Below, in pieces: positions 1-11,680 of a stretch of 64,000 nt of DNA. Below the pieces are notes generated by a model. The model ran no database searches and was not told the origin of the DNA. It saw only the letters and a list, made by a program, of their open reading frames with translations. Positions within the stretch are counted from its first letter, which is position 1. Each line of letters starts with the position of its first letter. Both the position numbers and the translations under genes were made by a program. Where the stretch lies: IMG/VR virus record IMGVR_UViG_3300045988_058617, positions 30,063 to 94,062 of that record; one strand, 5' to 3'. Origin of the DNA: a virus.

Positions 1-138
1 GTATACGGTAAGCCAGACTAACTACGACCCTTTATATATAGCTCCAATGTTCTTTTGTACTCTTTGCTAAACTTGTTCTACAAGTTCTAGAATATCTTTT
101 TGGACCTGTAATATTAACTTACCATTTCTATATATCAT
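1..138 (-). CDS. Partial hypothetical late protein, N-terminal part only; runs off the window edge. Contains in-frame TAG codons (amber-recoded).
   Basis: A minus-strand ATG at 138–136 overlaps the upstream stop (ATGA). The frame stays open to position 1 if TAG is read as sense. This is coding-like AT-rich sequence. Confidence 0.3.
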
Positions 139-488
139 AATTTAGCAAAATCTTCCTTGACTTTAGCTTTTATCTATTTTAATATGTTAAGATATTCCTT
201 ATATTCATTAATAACTTCAGAATCAGAAGTAAGATTTTCTGAATAGCTATTATATGAATTGATTAAATCAAATTCTTCATCAACTGTAAGGAATCTTCTA
301 ACTATAGCTTTTACACAATCTTTGTAATTAGGCTGCCCATTTAATAATACCTAGATAAAACTATAGTAAGTTTTTTCTTTTATGGTATTGTCTAAATCAA
401 GTACTTCAACACTAATTTCTTTTATATCATAGTTATAGTAATAAGTACCGTTCCCAAGTTTTTGGATTGTCTAAGGATAAACGTCCAT
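135..488 (-). CDS. Hypothetical protein immediately downstream of the DGR reverse transcriptase (about 117 aa). It has three in-frame TAGs and ends with TGA.
   Basis: Manual minus-strand translation from the ATG at 488–486 gives a continuous ORF to the TGA at 137–135, with TAG as the only internal stop. It has no resemblance to Avd that I can see. Confidence 0.35.
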
Positions 489-1725
489 TTGTATTCTATT
501 CGGCTCTAACATAAGGTGTTATTTTAAAATTTATAGGAAATTTGTATCTAAGCAAAGAATAGTGTAATCTCCTATTCTTACTTTTAAAATAGTAGGGTTT
601 ATTGTTATACATGAAATGTACTCGAAAATGATTGTCATAATCAACAACCTCTACAATGTGAATATATTTATTATAAAACTTAGATATGTTAACTTCTTTT
701 CCATTCCAGTTAGAGAATTTCAATCCAGTTAACTCCTCTACCTTTCTCAGCAAGTTCTTAGAGTTGCAAAATTTCATCCATCCAAAATAAGACCTCATTC
801 TTCTATTCAATTCATCTTTATCAATCTTATTCTATTTATATAGATTTATAAGCCTAAACATCCTCATTTTTATAGATTTTCTCAGTAGAACATGAGTATG
901 ATAGAATTTATAGCCTACGAAATCAATACCTCTGCTTTCTACAGGGAATATTCGATAATTAGGCTTCAACTCTAGGTTAAGAACCTGTTTCAAATATAGT
1001 TTTATAGATACTAATACATTTCTCAAATAATTCTTGTCATTACCAAGAATCACAATATCGTCAGCATATCGAAAGTAGTACTTACATTTTAACTCCTCTT
1101 TTACCCAGTGGTCAAAATATGTCAGATATAAATTTGCAAAGAATTGTAATAGATAATTTCCAATAGGAACTCCCTTCGCTGAATAAATTATTTCTTTCAA
1201 CAGTTTTAATAGTTTTTTATCCTTTATCTTTCTCTATAACATTTCGTATAAAATGTCGTGAGTTATAGAAGGATAGAATTTTTTTATATCCATTTTCAAG
1301 CAATACTTTGTTTCTTCTGGATGTTTCTATAACACCTTAAACAAATCATACTCTACTTTATGAATACCTCTATTTCGTATAGAGAAATATGTTTGGTCTA
1401 TAAATATACTAGTCCAAATAGGCTCCATAATATTCATTATAGCATGGTGAGTTATTCTATCTGGATAGTATGGAAGTCTAAAGATTAATCTTTCTTTAGG
1501 TTCGTATATTATAAAGGTACTATATTCAGAGGTTTGATAAATCAAATCCCTTAACTTATCGGATAATTCCTTATTTTCTTTTAATCTATTCTTATCATGC
1601 TGCTTGATTCCACATCTAATAGACTTATTTCTTCTAGCTTTATCGTCAGCTAGTTCGATGTTATCTTCAGCGTATACTTTCTCGTGCAAATATCCTACAC
1701 GTTTCAATTTTTTTATATATTTCAT
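433..1725 (-). CDS. Reverse transcriptase of a diversity-generating retroelement (Brt-like). It has 3 in-frame TAG codons and ends with TAA.
   Basis: Six-frame ORFs 1327–1725, 832–1200 and 496–810 are all in the same frame. They are separated only by TAG codons at 1327–1329, 832–834 and 496–498, and the frame ends at TAA 433–435. Motifs match Bordetella phage Brt: YEPKERLI, the FRYADDIVILG (YxDD) box and SRGIDFVGYKF…LLRKS. A TR/VR pair is adjacent. Confidence 0.85.
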
Positions 1726-1853
1726 CGGAAGCGTTCGAGAATTAACCTACTAACACCCTTCATTCAACACTACGTTATCTTTTGCCTAGAGGCAAGGATA
1801 TTACTTAGCAAACTAAAAAAAAATAATAAAATGTTTCTAAATATATAATAACT

Positions 1854-1948
1854 CGACATTGGAATTGGGCATTGCTGACGTCATTGTTAGAATTGAAATA
1901 GCTGAGACCTGCATTGCTGCCATTATTCGCGTTGCTGCCTACTAGCAG
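1854..1948 (-). repeat. DGR template repeat (TR).
   Basis: A 95-nt segment homologous to 2056–2149 and 29275–29368. TR is the AT-rich copy, and every substitution relative to both VRs falls at a TR adenine (minus-strand sense). It lies between the target gene stop and the RT start. Confidence 0.8.
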
Positions 1949-2026
1949 TACTTTTTTGCCAATCAACGGTTTTTAGAAGTAATATCCTACGATTTATCAT
2001 CTAAATCGATTTTTATATTGTATATC

Positions 2027-3400
2027 TTAAGATACTCTATTCAGAGTCCTGAACCCGACATTGGAACCGGCATTGCCGACGCCATTGCCAGAACCGAAAA
2101 AGCCGAGACCTGCATTGCTGCCATAATGCGCGCTGCCGCCCACCAGCAGCGTGCGAAGCGCTGTGCTGCTTGCGTTGCAGTAATGGTAATCGCAAATATA
2201 AGTAGTAGCACTTCCTCCAACAGCGGATGGAATTATTTCAGCGGTTTCACCTAAGTCAAATGCCTTAATATAACCATCAGATGCTACTTCGTATCCTGCA
2301 ACGGTTTTCTCTCCAACTACGTCGGTAAATTCCGATACGTTAGTAGTTGTATAGACATTGCTAATCTCATTAGCAGCTGCCCTCACTATAACTACTCCGT
2401 CCAGGTTAGTCCAAATGTCTCCAAACGGATTATCGAACCCTCTCCAGCGAGGTACCTTAAATGTATGAGTTGCTACTGTACTTGTGCCATCTTGAGCTGT
2501 ACATTCTGGAATAACTAAATCTTTTACTCCAGTGAAGTTACCAAATTCATTGCAGTAACCACAAGGCGTAAGTGGAGATGTTGCATTATATCCTGACCAA
2601 CTTGTAGCTGCGTTAGCCCAATCTGTAACTCCAGGTCCTAAACCTCCTTGATGATATCCATCCGCAGTTAACTCTGCATTATATGCAGCCTAAGAATTAA
2701 AATTAGCATATTCAATGACATAATTCCAGTAGAATATCCATTTGTAATATTCATAGCATAGCAATTCTGAACCAGCATTTGTTGCATATGTTCTCATAGT
2801 AGCTCTAGAAATATTAGTTCTAGGCTTTCCTAAATCACTTCTGAATATATCCTTAGTTTCTAATTCTGTAGTTAGATAATCATCGTAGTTAGCTCTATTT
2901 CCTCCACCTCTAAATGCAGTAGTAGTATTAACTACTGATACAGCTTTTGGAGTTGCGGAGACTGTGGTATCAACTGTACTTCTGTATGCATCTATTAATA
3001 GTTCAGGAATTTCTACCCATGAATCATCAATTTTGACAGTAGAAGTTCTAACCCATCTTTTGTTTCCATCGCTGCCAGATTTTCCATAAAATTTAGGAGT
3101 ATTAACTCTTACTGTTCCATCAGTTCCATCTAAGACAGATGGAGTTTCGCCGTCTTCTTTATAAGACCAGTTATCTGGAAACAGATAGTAATTTACTACA
3201 TCATTGTTTGCTACACAACCTCTATACGCTGACTGAATAGGAAGAGATTTATGCAACAAAGGATTACCTATTCTAGTAAGTTCCGGAGATGCTACTGTAA
3301 CATCCCATTCTACTCCATAGGAATATAAATCCATATTACTATTTAGCTCAGTAACCTACTTATCAAGCTTTTGTTGTGCCTTCTACAATTCTTCCCAAGC
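2027..3400 (-). CDS. DGR target protein 1, a putative receptor-binding or tail-fibre protein with a C-terminal C-type-lectin-like variable region. It is recoded (in-frame TAG at 2690, 3356, 3383…); the N-terminal boundary is not resolved.
   Basis: ORFs 2027–2386 and 2690–3334 share a frame across TAG 2690–2692. TAG-to-Gln readthrough gives coiled-coil text (…ELQKAQQKLDKQVTELNSN…). The gene stops at TAA 2027–2029 and VR1 is embedded at its C-terminus. Confidence 0.6.
2056..2149 (-). repeat. DGR variable repeat 1 (VR1), at the 3' end of target gene 1.
   Basis: It is GC-richer than TR, with adenine-specific mismatches relative to TR (AAT/AAC codons in TR become GGT/GGC/CAT/TAT and so on). It is followed by the hairpin ttcag-gact-ctgaa. 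It encodes the segment …GSAHYGSNAGLGFFGSGNGVGNAGSNVG…. Confidence 0.8.
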
Positions 3401-6400
3401 CTCATTTAGTGCTGTAAATTGCTCTTCTAGCTTAGAACTTGAATCTGCCCATTCAGCAGTACCATCTGCTGAGAAAACTAGCATCTATCCAGACTCTCCT
3501 CCAGATGGAATATGTTTATTTCCAGAAGTAGTTGGGTGTACATAATTATTAGCATTATTAGCTATAGTACTTAACTTTTCCTTCTCAGTTTCAGTATAAT
3601 TGGCTTCAGAAAGTCCCTTTCCTAACTCCTTATCTACTTTGCCTTCAAGCTCACCCTTAGTAGCTAATTCACTAATATCCTAATGCTCAGTCAAATATCC
3701 ACTATCATTCTGTAACTAAGAAGTTTTAGTTGGAATTGCATTAGCTTTGGCATATGTCGTATCTATAACATTTCCAGCACCATCGTAAGTAGCTTTTAAA
3801 TCGTATGTGGTTTCCCCAACCTTTATAGATTTGATTGCTGCCATATCATTGTATTATTAAAGTTTCACCAACTACATCGTGATCTATTCCCTCTATGGAA
3901 GCAGTTAGGTCCTCAACAGCCTTCTACAATTCTGCTTTAGTAGCATAGTTCTTGAGAACTTCCTAGTCTACTCCAGAGCCTCCTCCTATACTTCCTCCAA
4001 CAACTTTTACTGGTTTGGCAGAACTCTTAAACTGTCCTTCAATATAAATTGTTCCCATATTGTTTAAAATATTAATTGTTCATTTTCTCCATCTACCTCT
4101 ACACTAGAACCTGGCTATAAAGCGTCTATCTTTTTCTACAATTCGGCTACGGCCTAGCTAATTAGTTCTTCTACCTCAGCTTTGGTGTAGTATCTCTCTA
4201 TAAGATATTCGCTCCTAACATATCCAGTATCTTGTAAATCTTTTTCTCCATAGGTGCAATAATAAGTATCTTCTTCAGTCTTACTATTCTCAACTAGGTC
4301 ATCATAATCAGCTTGTGGTAAGCATACAAGTTTTGGTACTTCTTCAGTAATAGCAACTTGCTTGCCTCCAGCAAATAGCCTGTTATCTTCTGTGGTAAGT
4401 TTAACAGAACTCTCAATAACTTGCTCAGTTCCTGTTTCCTCAGAAGGTTCTCCAGTTGTTCCCTATTGTACTTCTTTTTCTCCAATTTTCTAAATAGTAA
4501 TATCAGAAGTTTCTACTGATGTAGATTTCAAAAGCTCAGTGCTAAATTCTTTAGCAGCAGCAGCCTAATCATCCTGATATTTTTTCTAGGTAACAAATAT
4601 GAAATCATCATCTCCGGTTTCAGGAGAGTCTCCCCTTAAACTTTCTTTTGTTACGTAATCTTCGGCTATCTAATCTGATAAATTAGATAATGACTATTGA
4701 GTAGCATAAGTAGACTGAGCATTTTCCTTAGTAAGAAATTTGTCATCAACCTGCTAAATAGTATAATAAGCCTTAATATCTTCTGTAGTAACGTAGTTTC
4801 CAAGTTTTTGCAAACCTTGAACTATTTCATCAATCTACTTCTTGGAGTAATAATTTGTAGCAACCCAGGACTGATATTGATTAGTAGTATGATAATTCTA
4901 ATCCAAATATTCCTTAGTAATATAAACCTTTGCATCATTTGTAACGTCATATACATAGTAATATGTATCAGGCTCTACCGTCCCTTCCTCTACTAACTTT
5001 AGATACTCTTCTTCAGTTAATGTTACTAAGTTCGGAATATCCGATTCAGTAGCAATCTAATCTTCACCTATAAATAATCCTTCAGACTTAACGTCTACTA
5101 CTAACTAGCCCTCTCCCTCCACTACAGGAGATTTTATCTACCCAACAGTGATGCTTTCTAAGGAGCCATCTCCATCTACCTTAAGAGTTTTATCTAACTC
5201 GTCTTGGATAGCCTACTAATCTTCCTCATATTCTTTCTTTGTAACGAAGACAAAATCATCTCCTTCCATTCCCTCTCCTCTAAGGCTTTCTTTAGTAACG
5301 AAAATATCGTTTGTTTCTTCCTTAGTATAATACTTAGTCAGTGATAGAGCTAAAGAATCGTTAGAGACATAATTAGTAGTTAATTCTTCCAGTGTAGCAT
5401 AATCTGATAGGCTAGCAATAGTGTTATCTAAGTCTGTTCTAATCTATACTACAGTAGTATTAAGAGCCTTCTATTTTAATTGCTCTTCTATCTTTTTCCC
5501 CCATTCCGCGGATAGGTAAAACTAGTTATCGTCTAAGCTATCCTCATATATATAATAATATGTCTCAGCATGAAGATATGGTTTACTTTCATCTATGGGC
5601 CTAAAATCGTCTGTAGTATTCTCAGACCATTCTTTATATTCAGCCTCTGTACAGGTGATTATCTAGATAGATTCATAGGATGCTTTCCATCCTTCCTTGT
5701 ATTTAATCTTAGACTTATCAATCAGCATATAAATATTTCCGTTATCTATGTTAGCAACGGTCATACCTTGATAAGCATACTTCTCTGGAATAGAATAAAG
5801 TTCGTCTAAGTTATTAATGACTGTTCTATTATCGAGAGGCTTCGGAGTTTCTACGGTTAAAGCGACACCTAAGGTAGCATCACCTGTATATTTAAATGCC
5901 ATTATTGTGATAAAGTAAAGTTAATTTGATGAGGCAATGCTGAGGAGTAAGTATCTTTCTTAGTCCATACCTTGTAAGTAAATCCATTTATCTACTCGGT
6001 AGACGTTTCCCAACCACTTAGGTCTACATTTAAATATCCAAGTCCTCCATCTACGGTAAATGAATTTAACTATGTGTTACTTCCTGGCAATTTTATAATA
6101 GCCTTACCACTTAGTGAAAATGTGATAGTTCCAGACGATTGTCCAAAAGGAACTAGCGCCTATTTAATCACACCATCAGTATTACCAGAATACCAAGGAT
6201 ATGTGGCTACTACCTAAGCGGTAGCGGAAATAGAACCAGCTTCTACTCTCTTATCTGTAACTTCTCCTTTATTATTTATCAAATATTCTCCAGCGGCATA
6301 ACTCACTGTACCAGAGTGAGTATAAGTACCAATAGAATTATATGTATCAGACTCTACAGGAGAACTGTTAGAAGTAATAGTTTCTCGTCTGTCAGTTTCT

Positions 6401-9400
6401 TCTCCAGCATCATTCTTTATAAATGTAAGTGTAGGAGTTAATAAAGCAGTTCCCACTTCTACTATTTGAGAAGTAAAACTATAATAAAGCTATGGGTATA
6501 CTAAATCTCTAACTACTGTTGGAAACAGTAAAGTATCAATAATTTCATTAAAGGGCTTGCCCTTAAGTTTCTCTACTGTAGTCCCTTCAATTACTGTTGA
6601 AGTAGTATCATCTGGGAGTTCCGTCTAATAAGTAGCTATAGTTTCTAAGTTAGTTTGTATATTAGTAATACTTTCAGTATTAGCTTCTACTTTAGTATTT
6701 GTCTCTTGTTGTGCTTCCTAAGTTTTCTATACTTCTTTCTTTGTTTCTTCTAGAGCAGGTTCAAGATTCTTAACATAGATACCTGGAAGGATAATAGAAG
6801 AGGTTTCCTCTCCAATCTCCTATTCTATTAAATGAATAGCATTATCTTCCTAAGTAGATAAAATCACCTCTAAGGAATTATTTTCCTTTAGTTCTATAGT
6901 TTTGGAATTTTGGAGACTATTCTTAATCCAATTAAGAATGTTTTTATCAACATCTATATTCTCAATAGCATTGTTCAACTCAACTATAGCTTCATTGATT
7001 TTTACTATTTCTTCAGATAGATTATTAATTCCTTTTCTATTAATATCAATTTCTCGCTGTAAATCCTCCTTCAATACAGATATAGAAGTTCTAATATTGC
7101 TTATATCGACTTTCAGTTCTTCTATTGCTTCTGTATTAGATTCATATTCGCTAATAAAGTATAGGGCATAGTCTAGGGCATCCTTCACAGTATTAATGCC
7201 TTCTGCAACGTCACTAGTATAGGTCCATTTTTGTTCTATATACTATACTAGGTCTTTTTGCAGTTCTATGGTTCCACTAATGTTTCCCCACAATAGACTC
7301 TACTCATCAGCAATACCTAAGTTCTTTCTTACTTTAGCTTTTTCTAGTTCTGTCCTATATTCTCCTAAATAGTTATTTCTTAAGAGAGGTATAGGCTCAC
7401 ATTTTATAGGCTTACCCTTTTTACCACAAGGCACTATATCTGCGTTACTTACCGAAGTGTAAATAGACTGTATCATTCTAGTTTAATAATTGCTATTTAA
7501 TAAATTCGTGATTATCTAGTCTTACAGGTAGGTTAATAAAACAAATTAGATTAAGAATATCTTGATAATCTGGTTTATATCCCTTTTTGAGTTTTCTTAG
7601 AAAATCCTCATACCTTTTAATAGCCTTTCTCTTAAGAGCATCCACAACCTATACGTTTATGTCCATGGTGGTGATTGTCACAGAATCCTCCACAGGTACG
7701 GAACATCGCTAGTAATCTTTCAGCCTCCATGAATTGTTTAAAGCATATTAAATAATCTATAATGTTAAGAGTCATCCATATGAAATCTCGAGCAAATATA
7801 AGTGCTTCCTAATCTCTAGTTAGACACTTATTTAGTAAAGCATCAAAGAGTTTCTTACAATAATTAATGTAACACTACTACAAGTTTCCTGTAAAGAAAA
7901 CATCTACCTTACATTTTTTTATAGTAGTTCCTTCTATGTTTCGTTCAAGAACTTCTTTAACTGTACACTCTTCTAGCTTACCTTCTACTTCTTTATATAA
8001 TTTTTCTCCATCAGTAACATAGATAGTCTCATAGTATTCCTTGTATTCGTCCGATGAATTTTCATACCATTTCATATTAGGAATAATGATATGGTCTACT
8101 ACGTAATAACCATCATCCTTGACCTTAAACATACACGAGTCTAAGTCTTCTGTATGGTCATTAAGTAGGACATCTATCAGAGTAGCATCGCTTATACTAA
8201 CTTTGATGATAGTATTCAAGGTAGCACTCTCACTATACTTATAGGAGTCGTAAGAAGTTACTACCTCTACATCTTCATCAATATACTAGCCATATTCTTT
8301 TGAGAAATCTTCTATCAGTATTTCCCCATTAATTTGGGTATGTATATCAATACTAAATTCCATATTGCAATAATATTAAGTGTTAGGCCATTGACCGTAT
8401 TGAGCTGGTGTAGAAAAAGGTCCCCACTTTCCAGATTGCTTTATACGTCTAGACATAAAAACAGAAGTAAAAGATAAACTAATATCTTGTGGATAGTCAG
8501 TCCAGGTATAAGACTATCCATCTGGAGTAGGAGGTAATTTATCAATCCCAGAGGAGGGCTGTCCATTCCAGTAGTAGTTATAGTCATAGGCTTTAATAGA
8601 GGTTACTTCTGTGGTTTCTCTCCCGTCAGAATCTATATAGAGAGGATCTCCTTTTTCATTCGTTTTTTGTTTATACTCTATAACTGGTGTTATTCCCTCG
8701 GTTCTAGTATATATAGTCTATATAATAGTAGAGACATCACTCGCTACTATTTCATAGATAGTAGTTCCCTATGATTCATCAGCTCCCTAAAAAGTAAATT
8801 TAGTTCTTTTCCATATATATGGATTCTCTTCTGTTGGAAGCTCAAAAGTATCAGACCACTACTTACTTGATAGTTTTATTTCAGATTCATTGGCAGTATT
8901 AGCAGGGAGATAATGTATTTTAATAATAATACTATTAACTGCTTCACTTGAACCGGATAAATCTGATACCTACTTAAATAATTTTTTTAAGTCGTCTTCT
9001 ACATTTGATTTAGAACCGGAAGCATTACTTATAATTACTGTCCCATCAGAGATAGGATAAATCTACTACTAATCTTTGTTGTATACAATTGTTCCAGTTG
9101 CCATATTAATGTATTTGTCTTATTTTGTCATTATATGGATTTCCATCATGAAGCTAAGCCAACTCTATTTCAGTTCTTTTTTCTTCAATATCCATTTGTC
9201 TATCTTTATAAGTAGAATCAGACTGAGCTTTAAGCCAGTTAACTTTATATTCTAACTGCATCTTCTACTATTCTAATCCCAGTCTCTATTCATCTAAGCT
9301 TTCAATCTTTTGCTGAGCTTTCTATAATTCTTGCTATAACTACTGAGCCTATTGAGAAGTTTCTTCTAATTTTTCTTGTAGTTGCTGAAGCTGATTATTT

Positions 9401-11218
9401 TCCTCTTTGCGAACTTGAACAGCTTTCTTAACCTTATATTTAAGGTCTGTCAGACTCTTAGATGTAAGAGCCTCAAAAATAATATCTGGATCCATCTGTT
9501 GACTTTTTACGAACTCTGGAATGATTGCTTTTATAGTCTATAAATCTTCCATCACTTCTGAACTAGCAGTAATATGAATATCGTAGTCAGTAACAGTAAA
9601 ATACTCAGGAAGTGCGGTGAATATCTGTTGATATTTATCCCCAAGTATAATAGTTCCAGTTAATCCTTTCTTATAAGTAACTTTAGCCTAATTAAGACTA
9701 TCTAGTAGTATCTCGCAGGTTATTAAATCCATCTGCTAAAAATAGTGCTTAGTTACTATATACGAGTTAGCTACTCCCTACTTAATATTAGTAACTGCAT
9801 CTCTAGTTTCTATACCGTTAAGTCGTTCCCTAAATACTCCAGTTATTGATGATGTAGTTTGTTCTACTGATTGAATAGCTAGTTCAATAGCCTATACAGC
9901 CTATGCTTTTAAGGTATCATCAAATCCGTTATATATCTAGTTTGGAGCTTGCTGTCCGTCATTCCTACCTTCTTGGCTTGAGTCTATCCACATGATACCA
10001 CCTTTTTTATAAGCTAACCATTTTTGTACTCGTTCTGGCCATTTAACTCCTAAGTTGGTAGGCAACAGAGACATATCCATAATAACTCCAGCAGTACCAC
10101 TATTAGCTATTAGATTATCTCTATAATAGTTTAATAAGTCGTATCTATCCTACAGATGTGCACATTTTAATATAAGAGAATAAGGCTACTAAGAGCGATT
10201 TAAGAAATATACTCCATTTACCGATAAAGAACAGAAGTTGGGATTATCTTTAGACCTCATAACAGTCTTGTCTAATCCTCTAAGAATATATATCTCTTCT
10301 CCTATTCTGATAGTATTGTATCTCTACATCACAAAATCATCATCTGTTTCAATCCATTCAACATCATAGACTGGGATTAACTAGAACCTATGAGCACTAT
10401 ATTCATTGTCTGGATAGCCGGGAATGGTTTCATGATTCTAATCTTCATTTACTACTGTACAAGTATCTCCATATACTCTTCTATAAACAGCAGCTGAATC
10501 ATCAGCTCGCCATTCATCTTTTAGTCTTCTTAAATCTTCTCTAGATATTTCTTTGCCATATTTAGCTAAAATCTAACTCTTACTCATCCACTTTCTTACT
10601 ACAACTCTATATGAGTTCCTTACATATGGAGATTCTGGATTTCTATCAACAAATGTATTAAGTGGGTTTAATACCTCTATTTCAATATTAGTTCCAGAAG
10701 CCGATGATTTCACTCTAAAGAATGTATAACCAGTAATTAATAAGTCTGTTAGTAACTAACGTAACTTAGTAATTAAATCGGTTTCTCTGGATTGCATAAT
10801 ATAATGTACTATATTCTAAGCTGCAATTTCATATTGAGAAATAAAGGATTGGTCAATATCCTATATAATTTTATCTAACTAAGTCTTTACAGCTTTATCA
10901 GTAATATCCTTGCCATCAATAAACTTAAGAATTGAATTACTTAAATGGTCTTTCAAAAACTTTACTATTCCCTTGGTTATTTCTAGCTATTTTTCTCTTG
11001 TTATATTACTGATAGTATCTGAATCTTTGCAAGAAATTTTCGGAAGTATAGGAGTTCCTAAATATTCTCCAACTAGAGCATCTACGTGTTTCTTTAATAA
11101 AGGCGTAAACTCTACCGAAGTGGGGCTACCTATTCCGAAGTTTTCTTCCAGATAACGGAACTATTCAGGATCTCTTTTACCATTATAATAATTATAAGCT
11201 TTCTGTAACTCATACTTA
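3400..11218 (-). other. Block of TAG-recoded late/structural genes on the minus strand (tail/fibre-like and coiled-coil-rich proteins). Individual gene boundaries are not resolved.
   Basis: Six-frame ORFs here are short (4294–4485, 5663–5902, 6214–6456, 6850–7188, 7878–8219). Each terminates at a TAG (cta on the + strand), never TAA or TGA. The sequence between them has coding-like codon periodicity. Confidence 0.5.
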
Positions 11219-11680
11219 TCATATACAAGTTCCGCAATAGCCTCGTTTGTCTTGTCTATTAATTCCTTCTCTTTCATAACATAAATTATGTTGTTCTGGA
11301 GGAAGTTTAGTAGCGTTATAATACTTAACTCTTTGCAACTTCCTACTTCTTAATTCTTCCTTAATAAATGGCAGAAATTCTTCGTCTGGTAAATCTGCTA
11401 TTATTACTAATGGCATTTCTGACCTATCAAAGTTAAAAGAGACTTTATACCCAACTGGGTCTAAACTCTCAATATCTAGTCCGCCTATATACTCCATTTT
11501 GTACAAGTCCCTCATATATTCTAGGATCACTTGTTTCAACTCTGTATGGGTCATCATATTCGTTTCTTTGCATATTAAGTTCAGGAGTTTTCTTAGTTGG
11601 AATAACTCCAAATCTTTTAATTCCTCTCTCGTCGTAATAGTAACCAAAATCTTGGAACTATTCAACTTCTTTCTCCACAA
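11219..11680 (-). CDS. Hypothetical protein ending in TGA; it overlaps the 3' end of terL in another frame. The real start is probably an internal ATG.
   Basis: ORF track, 153 aa. The terminal TGA at 11219–11221 was verified. Confidence 0.45.
   Translation of the reverse strand: MWRKKLNSSKILVTITTREELKDLELFQLRKLLNLICKETNMMTHTELKQVILEYMRDLYKMEYIGGLDIESLDPVGYKVSFNFDRSEMPLVIIADLPDEEFLPFIKEELRSRKLQRVKYYNATKLPPEQHNLCYEREGINRQDKRGYCGTCI

Noticed and set aside
433-1725. Initial reading of the RT as a group II intron-encoded protein (RT plus maturase), with intron domain V possibly at the window edge.
   Set aside because: The RT aligns best with DGR Brt (YEPKxRLI, SRGIxFxGY…LLRKS). It is flanked by a TR/VR pair with adenine-specific mismatches. 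No convincing GUGYG 5' end or domain V was found, and the putative upstream intron domains would overlap genuine GC-rich coding sequence.
2018-2254. Plus-strand ORF across VR1.
   Set aside because: It is antisense to the real, recoded target gene and is generated by GC-rich sequence.
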